Positions 38,976-48,857 of a stretch of DNA of 64,000 bases are shown here, one piece after another; within the stretch, counting starts at the first letter, position 1; each line of letters opens with the position of its first letter. A model generated the notes under the pieces. The model ran no database searches. It was given only the letters and a program-made list of their open reading frames with translations, and was not told the DNA's origin. Position numbers and translations under genes: made by a program. Location of the stretch: contig OZ245742.1 in assembly GCA_965227295.1 (NCBI GenBank), forward strand, positions 384,001 to 448,000, written 5' to 3'. This stretch comes from Leptonemataceae bacterium (lineage in GTDB: Bacteria > Spirochaetota > Leptospiria > Leptospirales > Leptonemataceae).

Positions 38976-41900
38976 TCAGCGCGAATCGCCGCGCAGAAAA
39001 CTCGCCGTCATCAATCGATAACCGTAGTCACCGCTCATTCCGGTTTCCCGGCGTAGATTAAAGATCGCCGCCAGAAACCGGCGGTAGATCTCCGAACCGG
39101 GCAACGTGCGACTGTAATAATCGCGGACGAAGTAAGCGTGGCCGACGGCGTCGGGACTGCGCAGGGTCATCACGCCCGGGCCCTGCAGGTGTTCACCGAG
39201 GCTGTAGAGCAGATAGTTGAAGTTCTCCACCTCGGTCGCCGGATCCAGGATCAAACGGTTGCCGGAGAAAAACCAGGCGCCCGTTGCCGTCTTTGAAACA
39301 CCGCTCAAATCCACCGGGCGATCCGGAAACACGGGCATCAGGAGATGGCGCGGGTCCGCCGGCAGGTCCGAGGCACTGCCGAGGGACAGGCGCTCCATGT
39401 TTGTCAGGCGCCGGAAGAAGAGCGCGCGTTCCTCGCTGCCGTAGAGCTGCGCCGCGCGGCTCCCGCTCGGCTCCGCGCCGATGGACCGTACGCCGAAGCC
39501 TTCAAAGAACTCCGAACCGCTCAGTACCGGCGCCCGCTCGTTTGCCAGCATGGCCCGGGGGTTCAATACTTGAAACAGACGATCACCACGCTCCGGAGCC
39601 AGGGGAGCCAGGGCGTGCACCCCGGGCAACCAGTAGTAGGTGGTGCCGGTCTGGCCCAAACCGAAGAGCGAACGATAGATGCGCGAGAGTTCCTCGCGCA
39701 GATCGTCCGCGGCGCGGCCGGTGCGACGACGAATCAGAAAATCATTCAAGCGCCCGCGCAGGTACCGCCCGCTCGTCTTCAACACGACGCCCTGCAACGC
39801 CCGCTCCCGATACGTAATGCGCACCGCGGACTCGGCGGTATCCACGAACACGACGAACTCCTGGTTGGCCGGCAGCTTCGCAAAGAGTTCCCGGGCCATC
39901 GGTCGCAGCAGAGCGACGTTCGCCGGAGTGCGTCCCAGACGCCGCGCGCTCAGATCGTTGCGGTACTCCTGCTCGAAAAACGCCAGGTCCGCCAGCATAC
40001 GCCAGTCTTCGTCGCCCAGGGCGCGATCCTTCAGGATTGCCGTGGCGGTGAGCACTTCGCGGGGCGGTGACACCGGGCCGGCACTCGCCGCCCCGCTCGC
40101 CGCGCGGACAACCGCATTGAAGGCCTCGATTTCGTCGGAGGAGAACGTGATGGGCAGCTCCGAGTAGAGCCGGTTGACGACGCCCAGATTGTTTGTGTTT
40201 AATGTCTTTTGAAAATCGATTAAGAGCGCGCGGCGCCAACTCTCTTCCGCGGACCGGCGCGCGGAGGCGGGTTTGTCTTTGTGACGTTCCTTCCAGTCCG
40301 CCTGATTGTTGCGGATCTCGGTGAAGAGATCGGCGGCGGAGAGTGCCGTGGCCGTACGCGCCGCACGCAGATCCCGTTCGCGTTCCCGAAGACTCATCGG
40401 CAGTAGATCGATATAGGTCTGAAAGAACCGCCGCGCTGTAATGAAGTCGCCGGCGGTTAAGAACTCGTCCGCGGCGCCCAGGGCCATGTGCGCGGCGCGG
40501 CTGGTGGAATTCTTGCGTTCCACGTCGATGAGATTCTCCAGCAAACGCGCCACCTGGAGTTCGGGATCGCTGTCCGCCGTATCCAGAAGGATGCGGTAGA
40601 TCATGGAACGTTCGAGGAGATCGGCGCGGGTGTACGCGCTGGCCCCGGCCTGGAGCGTTACGTTGGCCACGTCCTGGACGTTGACGTAGTCCTGGCGCCG
40701 ATAGTTCGACCATTGCTCGAACAGCCGGCGGCGAAACTTCTGCATCGCCAGGTCCTGGTCCGGACGATTGCTCATGCTCAGCGCTTGCACGCCGTCGTTA
40801 TAGGCCTGCCAGTCGCCCTGAAACGAAAGATGCAGCAGGTCCGCCGCCGCCGGTTCTTGTTCTTCGAAGGAATTCACGCCGCGCCCGGTCGGAACGGATT
40901 TGCGGCGCGGATCCAGCAAGTGTTCATCGGCCTGCACGGCATAGGCCAGGGCGTCGAAGTTCTCGCGTTCACCGCGGTTCCGCGACCGCGCGCCCTCGGC
41001 CACGCGGCGGGCCTCGTCATGGCGCCCGTGCTTTAGAAGATCTTCAGCGAAACTTAAGGGATCGTCACCGATGACGATCTGGCGGTAGACGCTGTTGAAG
41101 TCCCGTTCGAAGTTTCGGTTCTCCGCGGCGGCGGAGGCGTAGGCCGCGTCGCCGATGCGCGAGCGAAACGTAAGCAGCGCGTTCTTGCGCAGGATGGCAG
41201 CCCGGCGTTCGGGAAAACGACCGACGTACTCTTCGAGATAACGACGCGCCTCGTCCGTGGCTCCCGCAATCAGGAGTGTTTCTACGGCAGTATCGTAGAC
41301 CCGGGCCAGCCGATCGGCATCGCCCTGGTGACGTTCAATCAGAGTGCGCACGACCTCACGGCCCTGTTTGCGCTCATCGGGAAGGCGCAGGAGGACGCGC
41401 GCGCGATCCAGTTGGTTCGTAAAGGCGAGTTCTTTCTTTTGAGGATGACCGTCGATGTAAGCGGAAGCAAGCCGGTAATACTCGAACGCGCGATCGAAGC
41501 GGCCTTCTTCTTCCGCAACACGACCGTTTTCCCGCGCGCGGTTGTAACGTTCCAGCAACTCCGCCGTATGTCGCCGACGATCATGACCGCTGGAACCGAA
41601 GACGCGCAGATTTACTCCGGTGTAACGTTCTCGCCCGCGGGCTTTCATAATGCCGTGCACCGCCGCCCGGGTCGTATCCTCTTCGCGGGCTTCCGCGGCA
41701 TCTTCCAGCTCGTCTTCGCTGAGTTCGGTGTCCGGGGCCAGGGCAATGTCGGCCAGGTGTTCCAGCTCTTCGTCGCCTGCCTCGCCGTACACGAAGGCCA
41801 CCGTGCCGGCGCCCGAGGCGCGCAGAATTTCATACAGTCCGGCCTTGCGCCGGTACGCCTCGGGTCCGCGCCCGCGACCGGTACTCACCACGGCAATCGA

Positions 41901-44900
41901 GGTATAACGCCCGCGACTGATCCATGCAGCCGGATCGAAGAGCAGGTCCTCGGTGGCCGGAAATAACGTACGCTCCGCCGGCATGCGCAGGCCGACGATG
42001 TCCGCGTTCTGGTTGCGCACGCGGTCGCTGTTGAAGACCACGCCGCTCTGCACGTTAAAGAACCGCAGGTCGTCCGGTGCTTCGCGGCTGCGCGTAAGAA
42101 AACCGGCGAAGCGATCGCTGAGGCGCGCCGCGAAAGTAGGCCGCGGTAACTCTTTGTCAATAGAAGCTACGATCTCATTGAAGTCCAGGTGGTACAACTC
42201 AGGCCCGCTGATGATGAAAAGATCCGCCACGGGGCCGGCCGCGGCCGCGCAACGACTCACGAGATCCCGGGCGGCGTTCGCCGGTAACGCGTCCGTGGCT
42301 TTCAGAAAACGGTTGCCGCGGTTCGTGAAACACCAGGCGTCCATTTCCTCCGGGCGACTCGGCCGTACGAAGAAACGCATCAGCACTCCGCCGACACCCA
42401 GGTCGGGACGCAGCGGCTCTTCTTTGCCGGTGATGCGCAGGAAAGGACGCAGCAACGGACGGCGACGTTCCAGGCGTGCCAGGGCCTCGTCGTGCTCCTG
42501 ACGCAGCTCGGTTTTGCGCGCGACGATCTTTTCGAAAGCCCGCCGCTCAATGCGCAATCTTGACTCACTGCGATCGAGCTGGCCCAGACGCAAGCGCGCC
42601 GTGCGTACCGTACGGTAGTCCTGTTCAAACTCCGCATCCTCGAACTGGAGAGGGTTGCGATAAAACTGATCGTTTAAGTAAAACTCCCAGCGCCACTCCA
42701 GCATACGCAGGGCGCGGTTTTCATCGCCCACCTGCACGTAAAAATCCGCGGCGGCCGTGAAGAAAGGATCGGCGTGACGCCGCATGGACGAGTACATGTG
42801 GCGGTTTTCATAAAGTAAAGTGACGGCGTTATCGAATTCTCCCGCGGCCAGGTTGCGATCCGCGGCCCGGCCGTGGGCGGCATGAAGCTCGGCGTAGGTC
42901 TCGGCGAGCAGCGTGCGACCCAACCATTCCTCGCGGATGAGATTGAACTCGTAGGCATCCTCGACGACCTCGATGAGCGCATCGCGAGCGTGATGAAGTT
43001 TACCGGCGTCACGAAAGGCCCGGGCACGGTTCAGTTGAATGCGAATGGTACGTAGCGGGCGCTGGGGATCGCGGATCTTCGGCAACACGGAAAGCGCTTC
43101 GTCGTAGAGTTCCCGGGCGCGTTCGAAATCCTGCAGCGCGGCCCGGCGGTTCGCGGCCGCATCATCCTGCATACGCAAACGACCGCGATAGTAGTGCAAG
43201 GATCCGCCGATGGTCAAAATATCGAGGCGTTGTAGATTGAGGCGCTCATCCAGGGCCGGGCCGTCGCGCTCCTCGTCGTACTCGTAGTCCGGCACCTCGG
43301 AGCGGCGCTGCTGAATGAACTGCTCTTTGAGTTCGTCGCGATACTCCTCGCGAAAGTCTTCCAGTTCACTCAGCGCCTCTTCGATTTCCGCGAGAGAACG
43401 GTTGCGACGATCCTCACGCAGTTCACGTTCTTCTTCCGCATCGAAGCTGTCCGGGTTCTCGACACGCTCACCGGCCTCGAAGTCTGCAAAGAGAGCCTTG
43501 AAGTAGTTGTAGTAATTGCGGCGGAGACTCTGGAGAAAATCGTACTCGCGCGAGACGTCCGCCGCTTCCCGAAAGACGTCGGCGGAGCGGCGAAACTCTT
43601 CGGCACGATACAGGTTCAACGCTTCCTGGTTCAGCGTGGCCGTGTAGCCGAGGCGGCCCAGGCGCACGTCCATATCTTTCGCGAGAAAGGCCTGGCGACG
43701 CTGGCGCAAAAGATAGGCCGCGCCTTCCAGGTCCCCGCGCAGGATGCGGTTCTCCAACTGAATTCCTAAGCTTAAATGATATTGCCTTAACGGAGAGAAG
43801 CCATAGGGATTGCGCCCGTCACCGATGATGGAAAAATCCTCGCCGTACGGTAAAATGCAACCCAGGGCCTTGCCCCCGAGACTCTGGGGTTGGAATCGAT
43901 CGTCGTAGCGGACGAGGCCGTCGTCCCGGGCGTAGCGCGCGGCTTCCCGGGCGCGGACATCGGACTCATAAAAGTCGCGGCGACCCTGATAGGCCAGGGC
44001 CAGGAAGTTCATGAGGCTCGCGCGGTCGATGCCGCCTTCTTCCGATTCGCCGACCCCGTTATCGTAGAGCCGCAGGATCGCATCCTGATAAAATAAAACG
44101 GCTTCGTCGTGTTTGCCGTCTTCCCAGTATGCCAGGCCGATCAGCGCGGCGATGAGGGCCATCTTCGCCCGAACTTCCTCGCTGCGCCGAACAATGCGTT
44201 TGATCTCCTCACGTTGTAGGCGGCGTTCGGTGCTGTCGAGATCCCGGGCGCTGCGCAACAAAAAATTCAGCGTCGAAAACTTCTCGTGCAGCGGCTTGCG
44301 TTCGTACTCGTCGTAGATTTCGTAGGCTCGTTCCAGGCGGAGCACGGCATCGGCCAGCTTGCCGTCGTAAAAAAGCGCTCGTCCTAAGTTAAACTCAAAC
44401 AGGGCGCGGCGTACATAGTCGTCGAAGAAGGCTTCCCCGGCGGCGGCGTTCTGCCCGCCGCTGCTGCCCATGGCCTCCTCGGCTTTGCGATAGTGTTCCA
44501 CGGCACGCTGAAAGTTCAGCAATTGAAAGTAGTTGTTCGCTAAGTTTAGATTCAGAGAAGCTACGGCGCGGGGGGCGCCGGCGTCCGCCTCGACCTTCTG
44601 CAATGCCTGGCGGTACAGCTCGACGTTGGATTCGTAGAGGTTCTCCGGAAAGAATACCTGGTACAGATCCGCGTAAAAGCGTCCGTCGGTTTGCGTGGTC
44701 TGCTGTGTGCGTGTAAGCGTAAGATAGATGTTTTCCAGCAGCGACGGGACCGTCTTCACTTCTTTGGAGCGGCGTTCGTCGATGTACTGGTGCAGCCAGC
44801 CCAGGAGCAGGTAGGCGTCCACGTTCAGCGGGTCCACGTTCAGGATGTACTGCAGCAGATACTCCGCGTTTTTCATGTCGCGCAGGATCTCTTCTTTCTT

Positions 44901-47900
44901 TTCGATGAGCAGGGAGCGCGGGAGCTCGACTCCGCCTGGCTGTAATTGCGCAAGCCCCGACAGGGTCCCGCTTTGCGCCGCCGCGCGGTTCTGGATGCGA
45001 TCGTAGTAACGCTCCCGCTCGACGTTCTTGCGAATGAGGATGTAGGCGTAACCGTAGATCGAAGAGAGATCGCCGATGCGCGCCGCGGGTTCGAGAGAGG
45101 TGCGATAACCGAAGATGAGGCGATCGAAGGACTCGGAGGCGTACGGATCGCTCTGGGCGAACAGGTCCTGGACGTCGGCGCCTTCCAGCAGGACGATCTC
45201 CCGCTCCCGGGCTTCCAACTGGCGTTGATTCTGCTCCGCGGCAATGTCGATCTTGAGGCGCTGGTAATGAACCGCGCGTTCTTCGTAGAGATCGCCCAGG
45301 ACGTCCAGCTTCTTAATATTAAAAAACATAATATTAAGCACCGCGGCGTTCGCGTAGCTGGCGGTATAGAGCAGATCCGCGGCGGCCCGGGCGCTGCGAA
45401 TGGGAAACTTACGATAGTTGCGGTTCTGGATCAGTTGCTCGTTGTTGATGCAAAATTCAATGTAACGTTCTTTGTACCCCGGCCCCAGTGGAGTAAACAG
45501 CGAACCCGTGCGGGACGAGGGCTGGCAGAATTCGTAGAGCACGTCCATTTCCGCGCCGCCGATGTCGATGGGCGTGTTGCTGATCTGGGTAATGGCGGTA
45601 CCGATCGTCTCGCCCAGGATCAGGCTTTCATTGGCCTTGACCGCCGCGGAAATGCTGCGCGCCGTTCTTAAGTACAGGTTAATGTAACCTTCGGACTCGT
45701 TGATAATCTCCACGAAGTCCTCGGTATTGATCGTAACACCGGCTTCTTTGGAGTAGGCGCCGCCGTAGGCAAGTTTCGCCTCGTAGGCCTGAGAGTACTC
45801 GCCGCGCCGTTCATAGACGTAAGAAGAAATCCGCCAGGCCCGCACGTAGACGGAACGCCAGCCGTCCTGGGGTCCGCCGGCTCCGTCCAACGGCGGCGGG
45901 ATGCGCGGAACCTCCGCGAGCAGTGACTGGCATTCGTTGAGCGCGGGCTGGTACTGGCGATCTTCAAACAGGGCCCGCGCCTTTACGGTGCGCAGAGTCG
46001 CCCGCACGAAAACGTCGGAGTTCGGCGACTTCTGCAATGCGAAGAAAGCCAATTCCAGGGCCTCCGCGGGAGAACGCTGCGTATAAAAGAAATCGAATAA
46101 ATCCGAATGCACTTCTTCCTGCAGGCGCGCCCGATCCTTGTGACAGCGCTCGGCCTCGTGGGCGGGTTCCGTCGGGCACGGCGTATTGCGCAACGCCTGC
46201 ATGAGAATTTCGTAGGTGTGCGGCAAGAACGGCAGTTGCTGAAGTTCATCGACGTTGCGCGCCTCGCGCAGACGTTGATAGTTTTCGATCAGCTCCAGGC
46301 GCGCCTGTTCGCGCAGCGTTTCGAAACGACGATAGTAGTTCGGAAAGTTTTCGTTTAAGAACGTAACGGCCACCAGGGCCTCGACGAAACGCTCCCGCGA
46401 ATGATAGTACTCCGCCAGGCGGTCGTACGCCGCCGCCGTCACAATCTTGCGTTGCGCGTCGTTGAACCCGCCTTCGCCCTGGCGCGTGTTTTCAATGAAG
46501 GCGGTGATCTGCGGGGCCTGATCCCGGCCTTCTTGCTTGAGCTTGTAGAGTTGGTACAACAGGGCGGTGTAGGGATTCGCCCGCCCGCGCTCTTCGATCT
46601 TCGCGCGGGTTTCTTCGGCCAGGCGATCCTCGTTGCGCAGCCGGTGAAACTCCAGACGATCCAGTAAGATGCGCCCTTCGTAAATTAAGAACTCGCCGCT
46701 TTCGCCGAAGTACTGCTCCACGGCGTCCAGGGCTAACAGGTAACGATTCGGGCTTTCGGTGCGATAGTTCTCGGTCAGATGATACTGCCGGTCGATGTCC
46801 GGTTCCAGCGGGATCACGCCGCGGGGTCGCATGAAGTACACGTTCACGCTGTTGTACAATCTTGCGCCGTAGAGCAACATGCCGCCGCCGTGATCCGAAT
46901 GCGTGGTGGAGAGAATCGTCGTATCGTCCCCGAGGATCTTGCGTTCGTGCGCACCCTGCACGTCCAGGTCCCGGGCAAAGACCGCGGCCGCATCGCCGTC
47001 GTCCAGGCGCCCGTTACGATTGCTGTCCCGACGCACGGAGGCGTAGTACAGGGTGCGACCCGGTAACACATTGCCGCGCGGATCCCGGCGCCGGGTCAGC
47101 GCCGGATCCGAGTACAGATATCTTTGACCGGTCGTGCCCGTGGGCAGTTCCAGTTCGAAGGTTTCCATATCGTCCAGGCGGGTGAGGTAGATCGCACTCT
47201 CGCCGGCACGATTGACGACGTAGACGATTTCTTTTGAATCGGAACCGAAGCCCGGTTGAATGCCGCCGCTGCGCGTGATCTGCCGGAGAGCAACGGGCAC
47301 ATCGGCATCCATCTCCATGATCCAGACGTTGTAGAGGTTCGGCGAACAGCGATCCGTAACGAAAGCCAGAGCGGTGCCGTTGTGATTCCAGACCGGATCG
47401 GTTTCGGCGGCCTGGCCGTGACATTGGGGCGGCAGGCTTGCCGCGGCCAGTTCCTGGATCGCGGGACTCAGGTTGCGGCTCTCTTCCCAGACGTCCTCCG
47501 GCGGCAGACCGTTCAACGTATCCAGCATGATCTCTTCGGGATCGATCGTTACGATGCGCAGGTCCCCGCGCGTATCGACGTCCTCGGAGACGAAGACGAG
47601 ACGATCGCCTTCGGCGGTAATGGCAGGTTTGTATTGTTCCGCCGGATGTTTGACCAGAGGCACACTGACGGTGCTGTCGAGATCACGCAGCCAGACGTCC
47701 CCCGAGCCCAGGACGTTCGAGGTATAAACCATGTGACCGCTGAGCGCGACGGAAGATTGCAGATTGGTGCCGCGTTGAATGGTGAGCGGAAAGTAGCCGC
47801 CGGGATTGTCGCGGTAGTAACGCTCGGAGAGTTGGCCGTAATCGAAGGCCGGCGGATCCAGGGCCGGAGCCGAAGCACAGGCCGGTAACAGCACCGCCCC

Positions 47901-47939
47901 GAGGACGACGAGGCAGACATACCGCCGCAACGCAAGCAT
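38976..47939 (-). CDS. Giant lipoprotein (~2990 aa): TolB/PD40 propeller, long TPR solenoid, two degenerate CHAT-like domains
   Basis: Lipobox LLPAC; PD40-like repeats (KPAITAEGDRLVFVS, DPVWNHNGTALAFVT); many TPR helices; TAATG stop/start overlap with the upstream gene. Confidence 0.8.
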   Translation of the reverse strand: MLALRRYVCLVVLGAVLLPACASAPALDPPAFDYGQLSERYYRDNPGGYFPLTIQRGTNLQSSVALSGHMVYTSNVLGSGDVWLRDLDSTVSVPLVKHPAEQYKPAITAEGDRLVFVSEDVDTRGDLRIVTIDPEEIMLDTLNGLPPEDVWEESRNLSPAIQELAAASLPPQCHGQAAETDPVWNHNGTALAFVTDRCSPNLYNVWIMEMDADVPVALRQITRSGGIQPGFGSDSKEIVYVVNRAGESAIYLTRLDDMETFELELPTGTTGQRYLYSDPALTRRRDPRGNVLPGRTLYYASVRRDSNRNGRLDDGDAAAVFARDLDVQGAHERKILGDDTTILSTTHSDHGGGMLLYGARLYNSVNVYFMRPRGVIPLEPDIDRQYHLTENYRTESPNRYLLALDAVEQYFGESGEFLIYEGRILLDRLEFHRLRNEDRLAEETRAKIEERGRANPYTALLYQLYKLKQEGRDQAPQITAFIENTRQGEGGFNDAQRKIVTAAAYDRLAEYYHSRERFVEALVAVTFLNENFPNYYRRFETLREQARLELIENYQRLREARNVDELQQLPFLPHTYEILMQALRNTPCPTEPAHEAERCHKDRARLQEEVHSDLFDFFYTQRSPAEALELAFFALQKSPNSDVFVRATLRTVKARALFEDRQYQPALNECQSLLAEVPRIPPPLDGAGGPQDGWRSVYVRAWRISSYVYERRGEYSQAYEAKLAYGGAYSKEAGVTINTEDFVEIINESEGYINLYLRTARSISAAVKANESLILGETIGTAITQISNTPIDIGGAEMDVLYEFCQPSSRTGSLFTPLGPGYKERYIEFCINNEQLIQNRNYRKFPIRSARAAADLLYTASYANAAVLNIMFFNIKKLDVLGDLYEERAVHYQRLKIDIAAEQNQRQLEAREREIVLLEGADVQDLFAQSDPYASESFDRLIFGYRTSLEPAARIGDLSSIYGYAYILIRKNVERERYYDRIQNRAAAQSGTLSGLAQLQPGGVELPRSLLIEKKEEILRDMKNAEYLLQYILNVDPLNVDAYLLLGWLHQYIDERRSKEVKTVPSLLENIYLTLTRTQQTTQTDGRFYADLYQVFFPENLYESNVELYRQALQKVEADAGAPRAVASLNLNLANNYFQLLNFQRAVEHYRKAEEAMGSSGGQNAAAGEAFFDDYVRRALFEFNLGRALFYDGKLADAVLRLERAYEIYDEYERKPLHEKFSTLNFLLRSARDLDSTERRLQREEIKRIVRRSEEVRAKMALIAALIGLAYWEDGKHDEAVLFYQDAILRLYDNGVGESEEGGIDRASLMNFLALAYQGRRDFYESDVRAREAARYARDDGLVRYDDRFQPQSLGGKALGCILPYGEDFSIIGDGRNPYGFSPLRQYHLSLGIQLENRILRGDLEGAAYLLRQRRQAFLAKDMDVRLGRLGYTATLNQEALNLYRAEEFRRSADVFREAADVSREYDFLQSLRRNYYNYFKALFADFEAGERVENPDSFDAEEERELREDRRNRSLAEIEEALSELEDFREEYRDELKEQFIQQRRSEVPDYEYDEERDGPALDERLNLQRLDILTIGGSLHYYRGRLRMQDDAAANRRAALQDFERARELYDEALSVLPKIRDPQRPLRTIRIQLNRARAFRDAGKLHHARDALIEVVEDAYEFNLIREEWLGRTLLAETYAELHAAHGRAADRNLAAGEFDNAVTLLYENRHMYSSMRRHADPFFTAAADFYVQVGDENRALRMLEWRWEFYLNDQFYRNPLQFEDAEFEQDYRTVRTARLRLGQLDRSESRLRIERRAFEKIVARKTELRQEHDEALARLERRRPLLRPFLRITGKEEPLRPDLGVGGVLMRFFVRPSRPEEMDAWCFTNRGNRFLKATDALPANAARDLVSRCAAAAGPVADLFIISGPELYHLDFNEIVASIDKELPRPTFAARLSDRFAGFLTRSREAPDDLRFFNVQSGVVFNSDRVRNQNADIVGLRMPAERTLFPATEDLLFDPAAWISRGRYTSIAVVSTGRGRGPEAYRRKAGLYEILRASGAGTVAFVYGEAGDEELEHLADIALAPDTELSEDELEDAAEAREEDTTRAAVHGIMKARGRERYTGVNLRVFGSSGHDRRRHTAELLERYNRARENGRVAEEEGRFDRAFEYYRLASAYIDGHPQKKELAFTNQLDRARVLLRLPDERKQGREVVRTLIERHQGDADRLARVYDTAVETLLIAGATDEARRYLEEYVGRFPERRAAILRKNALLTFRSRIGDAAYASAAAENRNFERDFNSVYRQIVIGDDPLSFAEDLLKHGRHDEARRVAEGARSRNRGERENFDALAYAVQADEHLLDPRRKSVPTGRGVNSFEEQEPAAADLLHLSFQGDWQAYNDGVQALSMSNRPDQDLAMQKFRRRLFEQWSNYRRQDYVNVQDVANVTLQAGASAYTRADLLERSMIYRILLDTADSDPELQVARLLENLIDVERKNSTSRAAHMALGAADEFLTAGDFITARRFFQTYIDLLPMSLRERERDLRAARTATALSAADLFTEIRNNQADWKERHKDKPASARRSAEESWRRALLIDFQKTLNTNNLGVVNRLYSELPITFSSDEIEAFNAVVRAASGAASAGPVSPPREVLTATAILKDRALGDEDWRMLADLAFFEQEYRNDLSARRLGRTPANVALLRPMARELFAKLPANQEFVVFVDTAESAVRITYRERALQGVVLKTSGRYLRGRLNDFLIRRRTGRAADDLREELSRIYRSLFGLGQTGTTYYWLPGVHALAPLAPERGDRLFQVLNPRAMLANERAPVLSGSEFFEGFGVRSIGAEPSGSRAAQLYGSEERALFFRRLTNMERLSLGSASDLPADPRHLLMPVFPDRPVDLSGVSKTATGAWFFSGNRLILDPATEVENFNYLLYSLGEHLQGPGVMTLRSPDAVGHAYFVRDYYSRTLPGSEIYRRFLAAIFNLRRETGMSGDYGYRLMTASFLRGDSR

Positions 47940-48595
47940 TATGAACCGGTGCGCTTCCATTCTTTGCGTTCGGTATAGATCCATTCGCCGCTGCGATTAC
48001 GCGCGGCCTCGTACCAGCGCAGCAGAAACTCTTTGCGCAGCCGTTCCCGTTCTTCGTTCGAAGCTCCAGACCGCGCCCGCTCGTACTCGTAAATCCAGCG
48101 GCGCGCGCGATTGACCTCGTCGGCCACGGCGGCGGCGTTTTCGATTTCGTCGGAAGTTCCCGAGCGGCGGCGCAACGAAGACGGAACCGGGCGCAGCAAA
48201 CCGTCGAAACCTTCGCCCAGTAACTCATCCCGGCGGTACTTTAAGATCACGGGGTAGTAGAACTCCAGGACGTCCGCCTCGATGTTGTAGCGTCGGTCTT
48301 CCCGGCGCTCCGTCATCACGCCGTCTCCGGGACGGGCGCTGCCGACTTCACCGGACACGCTCTGCGCGCTGGCGATGAGCCAGCCGTCCTCTTCGATCTC
48401 ACCCTCGGTGCCGATCAACTGGCGCTCCGCCGCGGTTCGTTCCGGTGTCAGCGTAATCGGCGGCACGTCCACCGAAATGCAGGCTCCGCGCCGCAACAAC
48501 TGCATGGCCGGGTCCCGCACCGGTTCCAACAGCACGCACTGGCTCAGCGTCGTTGCGATCAGCGCGGCGAATGTTGTTCTTACTATAATCTTCAA
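47939..48595 (-). CDS. DUF1318 (YdbL-like) lipoprotein
   Basis: TTG start, lipobox TLSQC; LLGEGFDGLL..VADEVNRARRWIYE..SGEWIY..EWKR match the YdbL pattern. The ORF-track N-terminal extension is a translated repeat. Confidence 0.75.
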   Translation of the reverse strand: MKIIVRTTFAALIATTLSQCVLLEPVRDPAMQLLRRGACISVDVPPITLTPERTAAERQLIGTEGEIEEDGWLIASAQSVSGEVGSARPGDGVMTERREDRRYNIEADVLEFYYPVILKYRRDELLGEGFDGLLRPVPSSLRRRSGTSDEIENAAAVADEVNRARRWIYEYERARSGASNEERERLRKEFLLRWYEAARNRSGEWIYTERKEWKRTGS

Positions 48596-48667
48596 GAATC
48601 CTTTGGCGCGCCTCTGGTTCAAACACGGCGCCGAATCTAAGTATAAAAAAATTAAAGTTACTGTTTT

Positions 48668-48775
48668 GGGCGTGCCCCTCCGCGCTTCGCGCTCCGGGTC
48701 GGGCTTTCCAGGGCTCCGCTTCGCTTCGGTCCTTCGGACTGGCGGCTGCGCCGCCACCCTTCCAATCCCTCACGC
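48668..48775 (+). ncRNA. Flavo-1-like structured repeat, copy E
   Basis: GGGCGTGCCCCTCC..GGGTCGGGCTTTCCAGGGCTCCG...ACCCTTCCAATCCCTCACGC. Confidence 0.65.
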
Positions 48776-48824
48776 AAGGACACGATCACATGCATACGCC
48801 TGCCGGCTCTCCTGCCTTCTTCCC

Positions 48825-48848
48825 CTCGGCACCTCGGTGCCTCGGTGT
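48825..48848. repeat. Solo arm of the long-inverted-repeat family
   Basis: ctcggcacctcggtgcctcggtgt resembles the right arm at 35975-35997; no partner arm was found. Confidence 0.5.
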
Positions 48849-48857
48849 ACATCTTTC

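Noticed and set aside
48596-48757. N-terminal extension of the DUF1318 ORF
   Set aside because: It is translated Flavo-1-like copy E; the signal peptide begins at TTG 48595.
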